Assembly (NCBI GenBank): GCA_938045815.1
Contig: CALIBI010000010.1
Coordinates: forward strand, 1-51,051
Source: an uncultured Sulfolobales archaeon
GTDB lineage: Archaea; Thermoproteota; Thermoprotei_A; Sulfolobales; NBVN01
Direction: 5' to 3'
Length of the DNA: 51,051 bases
Shown: in pieces, positions 34,401-41,895 of the stretch
Numbering within the stretch: position 1 is the stretch's first letter
Layout of the letters: the number at the start of each line of letters is the position of its first letter
Made by a program: the position numbers and the translations under genes
Notes under the pieces: generated by a model
Database searches by the model: none
Told to the model about the DNA's origin: nothing
Seen by the model: only the letters and a program-made list of their open reading frames with translations

Positions 34401-34896
34401 CTTTCTCAGAACCGTTTATTATGAAGTAACCACCAGGGTCTCTCCAATCTTCCTCATACTTAATAAGTTCCTCTTTACTGAGCTTGCTCGTAGGATCTAA
34501 GACAGACCTAATCATTACTGGCATGAACCCTAAAGGAACATTATCCTCAACGTAATCAAACCCGTCCTCATGTATAGCTATCTTCAGATACATTGGTGCG
34601 CTGTAGGTTAGGTTGCGGATCCTAGCTACGGTTGGGTTAAGGTTCTCTAAACCTCTTATAACAGCACCTTCTATCTCCCTGATTTCAGGCTCGCCTATCT
34701 TGACATCGAGAACTTCCAGATATATCTTCTGGTGCGCTATCTCTACCCTCCCTAATTCCTTAACTATCTTTTTAATTCCTGAAGTTACGAACGTGTTGTA
34801 TGAGTCTAGATGTTGTTTTACGAGGCCTTTCTCCTTCAGGAAAGACTCTATGAGTGACCAACGAACTTCCTTATCTAGCTTGACAGGATCACCCAG
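31495..34896 (-). CDS. rpoB: RNA polymerase subunit Rpo2 (B), unsplit; inferred non-canonical CTG start
   Basis: GGYFIINGSE, CPFETPEG, GDKFASRHGQKG and GGLRFGEMERD. The frame stays open 101 codons upstream of ATG 34593, through the conserved 'RW..IESFLKEKGLVKQHLDSYN.F', to CTG 34896, which lies 6 nt after the SD-like GGGGTGA (1133 aa). Confidence 0.93.
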   Translation of the reverse strand: MGDPVKLDKEVRWSLIESFLKEKGLVKQHLDSYNTFVTSGIKKIVKELGRVEIAHQKIYLEVLDVKIGEPEIREIEGAVIRGLENLNPTVARIRNLTYSAPMYLKIAIHEDGFDYVEDNVPLGFMPVMIRSVLDPTSKLSKEELIKYEEDWRDPGGYFIINGSEKVIVGQEDLAPNRVLVDYGREASSITHTAKVISASAGYRVPIILDRLKDGTLTINFPSIPQKVPFVIMMRALGLETDMEIALAVSPDPEIQKELIPSLYAAREIKTQIEALDYLASRVTIGITDPEARRNRVLQILDMYFMPHLGNTPNTRILKALYLGQMACKLIELVIGRRKPDDKDHYANRRLRLAGDLMAQLFRVAFKAYMKDLRYQVERYRLTKGRKLSLKALARPDIVTERLNYALATGNWVGNRTGVSQILDRTNWISMLSHLRRTVAPLSRGQPHFEARDLHPTQWGRICPFETPEGPNCGLVKNLALSAYVTAGIEESSIIPYLQELGVVSLLEIYERLKKGDEELLEKITSYAKVFLNGTLIGYYPEEDASELVSSLRKLRRSGKLHHEVNVSYVRTEYINEVHVNCDSGRVRRPLLIVEKGKIKIASDVVEKLRSGNITFSDLVSMGVVEYLDSEEEDNALIALEPEEVTPEHTHLELYPPSILGVAAVLIPYANHNQSPRNTYEAAMAKQAVGMNAANFHLRFDSRAHFLHYPQKPVVQTRFLDLIGFNSRPAGQNFVVAVLSFTGYNMEDAVIMNKSSVERGLARSTFFRDYSTEELKYPGGQRDVIGIPDIKVKGYRGKENYESLDEDGMVPPEVDVISGKVLVGKTSPPRFLEEYKEFGLVSEARRDSSVSLRHGDRGIVDTVVITVDGEGNKFIRVKVRDLRIPEIGDKFASRHGQKGVIGLLVPQYDMPYTFEGVTPDLIINPHALPSRMTVGQLIESMAGKVGSLRGRAVDGTPFFGEKPEDLKKELLLFGYPHDGTEPMYDGRTGELISTPVFIGVVYYQRLHHMVSDKLHSRSRGPVQLLTRQPTEGRAREGGLRFGEMERDAIIGHGATILLKERLLDSSDKYTIYVCEKCGLLGWFDRNKGKYVCPVHGEEGNLVSVEVSYAFKLLLQEMMSMLIYPKIILKDKFSG

Positions 34897-34902
34897 ATCC
34901 CC

Positions 34903-35151
34903 TCACCCCGCTATAACGAATCTGTAAACTATTATCTTGCCTGCCGTAGGGGATTTCCGAGTTATTCTAACTATATCACCAGGTTTAGCGCCTATAGCTC
35001 TAGCGACAGGGTCTGACGCTCTAATGTATGGTAGCTGTTCAGGTCTCACACCAAGAGACTTCAAAACTTTAATAGCTTCTTCAGGACTCAAAACTTCGTG
35101 CTCAGGAACTAACTCATGTTCTAATATCCTAAACTTGGGTTTCTCACTCAT
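34903..35151 (-). CDS. rpoH: RNA polymerase subunit Rpo5 (H)
   Basis: [18 protein letters not shown] and [14 protein letters not shown]...YR; start reassigned to ATG 35151 (MSEKPKF). Confidence 0.96.
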   Translation of the reverse strand: MSEKPKFRILEHELVPEHEVLSPEEAIKVLKSLGVRPEQLPYIRASDPVARAIGAKPGDIVRITRKSPTAGKIIVYRFVIAG

Positions 35152-35264
35152 TCCATACCCACCCATCATTTCGCTAATCAAGAAAACCAGAACACACATT
35201 TTAAGCTTTTAACCTCGACCAAATCAATAAGATTTTAAAGGAGTTAATAAGTATAAATGTGTGG

Positions 35265-35344
<80 letters not shown>

Positions 35345-35912
35345 CAAAACGTAAGACACCTTACTAATTATTTGAACTAATAACTCATTTACTAAACTAT
35401 TAACTATCTAGAGAAACAACGATTACTCTATTAGCATTTACTTATTAGAGTATCAATTACTTTCCTAGGTTCAGGTCTTTCTAGTAGTGGTGGGAGATCC
35501 CTGAGACTTATGTTACACACACACTAGTATCTACTCCTGACACGCTATTAATACACACGTATTTCTTGATTACTCAAGTTAATCATTGTTTTAGGTTCTC
35601 CTGAAGACCAATTACTAAAAACTACGTTTTAAAGGATGTTTCTAGAGCTTTATATCTTAGTATGTGTTTTCACACATTAACAAGAGAGCCCCATAGTTGG
35701 TAGTGAGTATTGATTCTCAGTGTTGCTAGGGAAATACTAGAATCTCATGTGTGGTAGGTAGTGCTGAGAAGACCAAGAATAAGCAAGACTAGAACATAAC
35801 TCACTACAACGCACTCACTGATGACGAAATAAGGGCTGTTGAGGACCTAGCTAGCTTTCAGTTATAAGAATAAAATAAAATCTATGAGATAATGTCTTTC
35901 TAGTGATTTAGG

Positions 35913-36587
35913 TTGAGGTGGTATGTGAATAAGAAGATTCGTGAGTTGGTTGTTAGAGCAGATTCTGTAGTTGTTCTTTCTTCTGTTAGGAGGGTTTATA
36001 AGAATGTTGAGCTCTCACGTATTTTAGGTGTTAGTGAAGCAACTTTAAGTAAGTATTACCACGGCATAACTATTCCAGCTTACTCTATGGCTGAGCAATT
36101 ACTCAAGAATTTCCTTGACGAGGAATTCGCTAGGAAGTATGTTGGTAGATTCATGAATATGGTTGGCTGGGACTTGAGGAAAGCTTGCGTAGATCCGTAC
36201 TTCATTAACTACGTGACTACATACTTCAAGTACAAACTAATTGATAAGTTGTCTGGTTTCTTCATAGACAAATTCATCGCACTACCTGATTACTCACTAA
36301 GCATAGCCTCACACCTCTCAACATCTTTTGACACCCCTCTAGTAATAACTACCGAAGAAGACATGATAATAGGGTTAGAAACCAAAAGCAGACCTCCAGC
36401 ACTACTGCGGAGAGGGGATTACGTGAGTTCTGTACACGCAATACTTAACAAAGAAATAGCAGAGTATTTCAGATACCTAGCAGACACACACAACCTAAAA
36501 TACGTAGCAGCACTAACTGTAGTCTTAATGGATGAAAAGAAAGTATCAGAAATTCTCAAGACCACAATACTTAACTTAATACCTTAA
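35913..36587 (+). CDS. HTH plus degenerate phosphoribosyltransferase-like domain protein (putative regulator)
   Basis: Xre-like HTH 'NVELSRILGVSEATLSKYYHGITIPA'. The C-terminal half has a PRTase-like layout ('IDKFIAL...IASHLS....PLVI', 'LRRGDYVSSVHAIL') without the DD-x-x-x-TG PRPP motif. Confidence 0.6.
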   Translation: MRWYVNKKIRELVVRADSVVVLSSVRRVYKNVELSRILGVSEATLSKYYHGITIPAYSMAEQLLKNFLDEEFARKYVGRFMNMVGWDLRKACVDPYFINYVTTYFKYKLIDKLSGFFIDKFIALPDYSLSIASHLSTSFDTPLVITTEEDMIIGLETKSRPPALLRRGDYVSSVHAILNKEIAEYFRYLADTHNLKYVAALTVVLMDEKKVSEILKTTILNLIP

Positions 36588-36741
36588 GTAAGCAGTAGCA
36601 GTACTCACGAATTCGTTAGTGACTACAGAACCTGACAACACAGAACCTCGCACCCTAAATAAGATAAAACAGTACTCAAATACATCAAAACGTATATTGA
36701 ACCAACATAAGAGCTGACTCATCCATAAAGAATGAGGAATC

Positions 36742-36805
36742 TTGACGTCATAGCGTGGGTTTCTCATCACGTTTTCAGCGCTTATAGACCTAAATCATCA
36801 AGTAT
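36742..36805 (-). ncRNA. C/D-box guide sRNA
   Basis: Minus strand: C TTGATGA - TTTAGGTCTATAAGCG - D' CTGA - AAAC - C' GTGATGA - GAAACCCACGCT - D-like ATGA; TATA-like TTTATTA ~25 nt upstream. Confidence 0.72.
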
Positions 36806-36879
36806 GTTTTATCATACAGATCTAATAAACCTTGATCAAAACCAAAACAGTAACGAAAGCGGGTCAGTACCCTGCACTT

Positions 36880-37783
36880 AGAGTATTGGGGGTAAGAACA
36901 CATAAATGTAGCGGCTAGAGGTAATCTAAACTCGTCAATCCCTACCAGAACTATCAGTATAGGAACCCACACTACGGAATCTCACGTTAATTTCTGTAAT
37001 CTCATCAACCCACTCAAGCTTATTAAGTGATTTCAAAGCTATCTCGCTGTCTATGCCTAACTCAGCAGAGCTTGCCTGAATAACTAAACCCTCGTTACTC
37101 TTAACTATCTTGAGAGCCTCCCTAGTTATATCTATAAGCTTCCTAACCACCTCAGGTCTGCTTTTTAGTAATTCATCACGGACTATCAAGTAGCTGCCAG
37201 ACATTCCAGGCCAAACGTCCTGAGCTCTTAACAGAATTTTCATACCTCTAGCATCAGCAACATAGACAATATCGCGTTCAGGTCACCGACAGGCTTCACA
37301 TTAAACCTAACACCGTAAAGATCCTGAATCTTAATCAAGAGTAAGTTAGTTGGGTTTTGAAGTCCTGTCGAGTATACATTGACATTACTTAAGTCAGAAA
37401 TACTTGAAACCCTATCAGGATTAACTACCAACGCGTAACCATAATTATGTATCTTCGCAACTATCTTGACTCCCACACCCTTATCTATCAGGTTTAGTAT
37501 AGGTCCTAGACAAGCCCAACCAGCATCAACCCCCCGGCTATAGCAGCTGCTAAATCAGCACCTGTCCTAAACTTAAACAACGTAGTAATGTTGAGACCGT
37601 GCTTCTTAAAAGATCAGCATGTAGCGCTACCCACATAGGCGTTGCGTGCGTGTTGAACTCAACACCTAAACGATATTCTCGTAATGAGTCGCGGGATTCA
37701 CTGAGTACACAACCCAGTAAATCAATATTAACGAAACCAAAACCACACCACTAATAACTAGCGGGGGTTCTAATTCCCGTCAC
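36880..37783 (-). pseudogene. Decayed NitT/TauT (SsuA/NMT1-like) ABC substrate-binding gene joined to a permease fragment
   Basis: Consecutive pieces in different frames: TM 'LVISGVVLVSLILIYWVV', 'EYRLGVEFNTHATPMWVAL', 'FKKHGLNITTLFKFRTGADLAAAIA', 'VDAGWACLGP...VKIVAKIHNYGYALVV', 'DVWPGMSGSYLIVRDELLKSRPEVVRKLI', then the permease-like 'WVPILIVLVGIDEFRLPLAATF'. At least five frameshifts. Confidence 0.8.
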
Positions 37784-37791
37784 GATACCAC

Positions 37792-37845
37792 CGTAAATCA
37801 TTTAATTTAATGATTTAAAATCATTAAGTATTAAACGTAAATCAT
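37792..37845. promoter_or_regulatory. Palindromic operator-like array upstream of the ABC pseudo-operon
   Basis: Perfect TTAATGATTT-A-AAATCATTAA (37807-37827), overlapping TAAATCATT-n6-AATGATTTA (37794-37817), and direct repeat CGTAAATCAT at 37792 and 37836. Confidence 0.55.
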
Positions 37846-37911
37846 CTTATTTACAGTCAAAAACTAATCCCCAGAGGCAGAAGTAAATTTAAGTTCACTA
37901 AAAATAAGTAT

Positions 37912-37968
37912 CTTAGATGATGTCTGCCTCCGGCACTGAAAGTTGATGAAAAGGCATTTGTCTGACGA
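37912..37968 (+). ncRNA. C/D-box guide sRNA; D guide complementary to the 23S rRNA segment CAAAUGCCUU
   Basis: C ATGATGT (37917) - CTGCCTCCGGCA - D' CTGA (37936) - C' TTGATGA (37943) - AAAGGCATTTGT - D CTGA (37962); TATA-like TTTAAG at 37888. Confidence 0.88.
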
Positions 37969-38034
37969 AGTAACTTCTCGAAACCTTACTGACGAATCCT
38001 CAATTTTAAAATATTCCTAGAAAACAGAGTATTA

Positions 38035-38097
38035 GGAGCTGTGAGGTTGACGACGGGCGGACTGAAAAGATGAAGAGCCATTGCAGCTCTGAGCTCC
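38035..38097 (+). ncRNA. C/D-box guide sRNA; both guides complementary to 16S rRNA
   Basis: GGAGC/GCTCC terminal stem; C GTGAGGT - TGACGACGGGCGGA - D' CTGA - C' ATGAAGA - GCCATTGCAGCT - D CTGA. The guides match CCGCCCGUCG and GCUGCAAUGGC; TATA TTTTAAAA at 38004. Confidence 0.92.
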
Positions 38098-38160
38098 GCA
38101 AATATTATCCAGGATTAATTCCCCTAAGTAAGGGGGTAGCGCCTCAGAAACTAGTACTCA

Positions 38161-38397
38161 TCACCTCAACAACTCTCTATTCCTAACATACTTAGTTAAT
38201 TTATACCATGAATACAGTAACGTTACGTTGAGACCTAAGTAAAGAATAACTGTCAGTACTTGAATCAATGCTGAATGACCCCACTCAACACTCAAAAAAA
38301 CCAAGAACCTTATTAGGACTATCTGTATTACTATTAGGAAAAAACCATAGAACATCAAAATTAAGGGAGCTCTCAGATTTCCTAGGAGACTCTTCAT
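38161..38397 (-). CDS. Small membrane protein (2 TM), downstream of leuS
   Basis: 78 aa with two hydrophobic stretches and a basic C-terminus; SD-like GGTGG upstream. Confidence 0.65.
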   Translation of the reverse strand: MKSLLGNLRAPLILMFYGFFLIVIQIVLIRFLVFLSVEWGHSALIQVLTVILYLGLNVTLLYSWYKLTKYVRNRELLR

Positions 38398-38428
38398 TTA
38401 GTGATACCACCGAGTAACAATACTGGTC

Positions 38429-41380
38429 TTATGTAGAGTTCACAAGCGCGATACTTGGTCTGAAAGGCAACGCGTTCTTCTTCTTACCGCCATAGTCTGG
38501 TGCTTCCGCATCGCTTGCTTTATAGACTTCCCTAACTCTAATCCCTGTCTCCTCCTCTACGAACTTCTTGAACCTGAGAAGAATCTCGTACTCGTTCACG
38601 TAACCCACGTTAGTGATAGCTTCCAGTATCTCTGGAGGTAGCGACATAACTAGATCTACTAGAGTCTTAGCTATCTTAGGTGCTTGCTTCTGGTCAGCGA
38701 ACCCACTAGCTACCAGATACTTTATCACGTCACCTATCCTGCCACCACCCCGTAATATCCTGATACTCTCGATGAAGTGTTTGTATTCAGGCTCCGTGGA
38801 GACATACACCACAGCTTCGTTCCCCCTCACTATCTTAGATAAGCTCCTTAAGTCATCAATAAATCTCTCCAGAAACACATAACCTAGCTCCACAGACTCA
38901 TCAATCATCTTCTCCAGCTCTTCTTTCGAAGGTAATCTCTCGGTAGTCAGTAACCCGCTTGCCCCTACCTCATGCCATAATTCCTCAGTAATGAATGGTG
39001 TTACAGGGTGCATTACTTTAAGCCACATGACTAGTAAGTCTCTCAAGATCCTCGAAGGTCTCTCAACCATCCTCAGATATCTGAGGATATCTTGATGTAC
39101 GTTGTAGAAGATCTTCAGACACGCGGCTCTCACCCTAACCCTAGATAAGTCTTCGTAAGCCCCCAACACATTCCTAGCAAACCTTGAGAGAAGCCACTTC
39201 TCAGGAATTCCTACAACATCACTCAAATCACTGGCTCTAGAGAAAGACTTAATCAAGTCGTATATAGACCTGAGTTTCGCTTTAGTAGAGTCAAGCACAT
39301 CAATATCGAGATTCAGGTCACTCTCTACCTCAGCTCCTGACGCTATAGCTAACCTCACGACATCGGGTGAGTACGTGGAAACCAACCAGTGTAGTGGGAA
39401 GATATTGCCTCTAGACTTAGCCATCTTCTCCCCCTGTATGAGTACCCAACCATTAGCAACTATCTGTCTAGGCCATAGATTCTCGGGGAATATAGCTACG
39501 TGATTAAATATGAAGAAGGTTAAGTGGTTCGGTATTAGATCCTTACCACTATGTCTTGAATCAAGAGGGTACCAGTAGAGGAATTCTTTCCTCAGCTCTT
39601 CTAAGACTTTCTGATCAACACCTATCTTGCTCGGCTCCCCGGAACCAAGCATAACATAATCCCAGAACTCGTAAGTTAGTTTCTCGGGAGGTATCTCGTA
39701 CTTCCTTATCTTGTGTATTACCGTGTAGAAAGCCATATATATCGTGGAGTCACTCAAAGACTCGATAATCCAGCCAGGAGCCCACGGCAGTTCCGTCCCT
39801 AAACCCCTACTCCTAGTGCAAGCCTTCTCCCTCAACCAATAAACAGTATTCACGAACTGGGTTCTCGCTTCCTCAGGCACTAACCTAATCCTAGATAATG
39901 CTTCAAGCACTAGCTTCTTCCAGACAGCATCACCGTAGTTAATGAACCACTGATCCTTAACTATCTTGACTACTATCTCCGTACCGCACCTGCAGTATAC
40001 TGGCGCGTTCATTACATCATACATTGAGTCTCCGAACCCACTACTCCTCAAGAAGTTTTTGATTTTCTCCCGCGCTTCCTTAACAGGAACACTAGAAACT
40101 TCTTTCTCTATGAAGTCACGAGCCCCCTTAACGACCTCCTGCTCAACTAGGTTGGCTAAGTCAGAACGCATGACACCTGACTCCAGTTCTACTCTGTAGA
40201 TCTCCTTAGTAGCGTTATCTAGTAGCTCGTGCTCTTCCTGTGACCTAATACCTAGCTTCTCAACAGAATCTCTAGCCGGGATCTCACTATACCCCTCAAC
40301 CTTTATGAGAGGTATAGGTTCTAACCCATCCCAAGAACCACTCCTCTTGCTAACCACGTAATCACGTAAAGCAACGTAATCGTATGGTGCGTGCGCCGGC
40401 ACACTCATCACCACACCAGTACCAAACTTAGGATCAACGAATGAAGCCTCGATGACTTGAATCACGCGCCCAGTAACAGGATTCACGGCCTTCCTACCTA
40501 CTAGGTCCGCACCACTTACCTCACTCACTACCTCCACGTTCCTCTGAAAACTCAGCTTTCTAGCAGCCTCACATGAGAGAACCCAGGTATCTACTCCTTG
40601 ATTAGTCTCAACCTTAGCGATACAGTACTTCACGCCAGGATTAACCCAAATATTGGTTACTCCCAGAACAGTCTCAGGTCTTAGGGTAGCTACGACGTAA
40701 CTTAACCCGTCAAGACCTACAAACCTTATTAGGTATATCTCATCTATCTCAGGCTCCACGTCGTCCTTAGTATCGTGCATACCTACAGGCATATTATGTC
40801 TAGGGCACCAACCAACAGGGTGGGAACCCCTAGTTAAGTAGCCTGAGTCCAGGAGCTTCTTGAATTGCCACCTAATAAAAGCCTTAAACTCCGGGTCTAT
40901 AGTAGTGAATTCTCTCCTCCAATCAATAGAAAGCCCGTAGAGCTTCATAGCATTCTTAGATATCTCGTGAAAGAATCTAGCAACAGACACAGGGTCTCTG
41001 AGTTTCGCGAGCTCCGTACTCTCAACCTGAAACACCCTAGCTAAATTATCCACGTACTGTGGGTCCCCGGAAGCTAGACCCTCAGCAAGAGCTAGTATTG
41101 GGGTCCCAGTATAGTGGAAACCCATAGGAAATAACACGTTATACCCTAAACCCCTGAGGAACCTAGCCAGTACGTCAGGGATCAAGTATGTTCTAGCATG
41201 ACCTACATGCGCGGGGCCGTTAGGATACATAAAAGCAGCAGTTAAGAAATACTTCGGCACCCCCTCCATTGGTTCAGCTTCATAAACTCTCTCCTTATCC
41301 CATACCTCAGACCACTTACGAGCTATACTAACAAGATAAGCAGCAAAATCCTCAATACTTGAGACGCTCGTAACCATCAC
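38429..41380 (-). CDS. leuS: Leucine--tRNA ligase (archaeal type)
   Basis: YPNGPAHVGH (HIGH), DWRREFTT, editing-domain ATLRPET and GTGVVMSVPAHAPYD, IESLSDSTIYMA, SGKDLIPNHL, KMAKS. Confidence 0.97.
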   Translation of the reverse strand: MMVTSVSSIEDFAAYLVSIARKWSEVWDKERVYEAEPMEGVPKYFLTAAFMYPNGPAHVGHARTYLIPDVLARFLRGLGYNVLFPMGFHYTGTPILALAEGLASGDPQYVDNLARVFQVESTELAKLRDPVSVARFFHEISKNAMKLYGLSIDWRREFTTIDPEFKAFIRWQFKKLLDSGYLTRGSHPVGWCPRHNMPVGMHDTKDDVEPEIDEIYLIRFVGLDGLSYVVATLRPETVLGVTNIWVNPGVKYCIAKVETNQGVDTWVLSCEAARKLSFQRNVEVVSEVSGADLVGRKAVNPVTGRVIQVIEASFVDPKFGTGVVMSVPAHAPYDYVALRDYVVSKRSGSWDGLEPIPLIKVEGYSEIPARDSVEKLGIRSQEEHELLDNATKEIYRVELESGVMRSDLANLVEQEVVKGARDFIEKEVSSVPVKEAREKIKNFLRSSGFGDSMYDVMNAPVYCRCGTEIVVKIVKDQWFINYGDAVWKKLVLEALSRIRLVPEEARTQFVNTVYWLREKACTRSRGLGTELPWAPGWIIESLSDSTIYMAFYTVIHKIRKYEIPPEKLTYEFWDYVMLGSGEPSKIGVDQKVLEELRKEFLYWYPLDSRHSGKDLIPNHLTFFIFNHVAIFPENLWPRQIVANGWVLIQGEKMAKSRGNIFPLHWLVSTYSPDVVRLAIASGAEVESDLNLDIDVLDSTKAKLRSIYDLIKSFSRASDLSDVVGIPEKWLLSRFARNVLGAYEDLSRVRVRAACLKIFYNVHQDILRYLRMVERPSRILRDLLVMWLKVMHPVTPFITEELWHEVGASGLLTTERLPSKEELEKMIDESVELGYVFLERFIDDLRSLSKIVRGNEAVVYVSTEPEYKHFIESIRILRGGGRIGDVIKYLVASGFADQKQAPKIAKTLVDLVMSLPPEILEAITNVGYVNEYEILLRFKKFVEEETGIRVREVYKASDAEAPDYGGKKKNALPFRPSIALVNST

Positions 41381-41423
41381 CTAGTAATCTGTTAAACCAA
41401 TCAAATTATATATTTAAACATCA

Positions 41424-41474
41424 CGTTCTGTGACGTGACTGAAGGGTGAGGAGTTTAGAGAAGCCTGAGTAACG
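41424..41474 (+). ncRNA. Candidate single-guide C/D-box sRNA
   Basis: CGTT/AACG stem; C-like GTGACGT - 2 nt - D' CTGA - AGG - C' GTGAGGA - GTTTAGAGAAGC - D CTGA. Confidence 0.45.
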
Positions 41475-41895
41475 GGTTAAATCGTTGTCCTCAATACTTA
41501 CTAGTTTCTTGAAATAGATTGAAACAACCACGGAATCCTGTTAGACAGGTGTTTTCCTTTAGAGCCTTAAGCACTCCTTCTCAGGTATACACCTCACAGC
41601 CGTAATAGTCTTCTGATCCAGTAAATTATTTCTATCATCACCACTACCTCGACAACATAGTAAGGCGCGCGGTACGTTCCTGAGAACGAGGTTGAAAGAT
41701 ATGGAAGATCTTTAAAAGATCCGAATAATTTGGTCTGAGAGTATTAAAGTTAAGCAGGGGACATTAAAGATTTAGGTTATAAACTATGAGAGCGTTTTTA
41801 CCTATAAGCTAGCTTTAAGACTTCAATATTATGCTTAGGACACCAACTAACAGGATGAGAAGCTCTAGTAAGCTACTCCTAGAAAAATAGAGTTG

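Noticed and set aside
34613-34927. 104-aa + strand ORF in the apparent gap between rpoH and rpoB
   Set aside because: It is the antisense shadow of the true rpoB N-terminus.
35818-35832. CTGATGA-C-GAAA resembling a hammerhead core or a C box
   Set aside because: There is no stem II or flanking helices, and no properly spaced CTGA D'/D boxes.
36576-36770. 64-aa minus-strand ORF
   Set aside because: Its start is the C' box of the predicted sRNA and it has no protein features.
39410-39430. KMAKS instead of KMSKS in LeuRS as a sign of an inactive paralogue
   Set aside because: The catalytic second Lys, the HIGH-type motif and the editing motifs are intact; the substitution is conservative.
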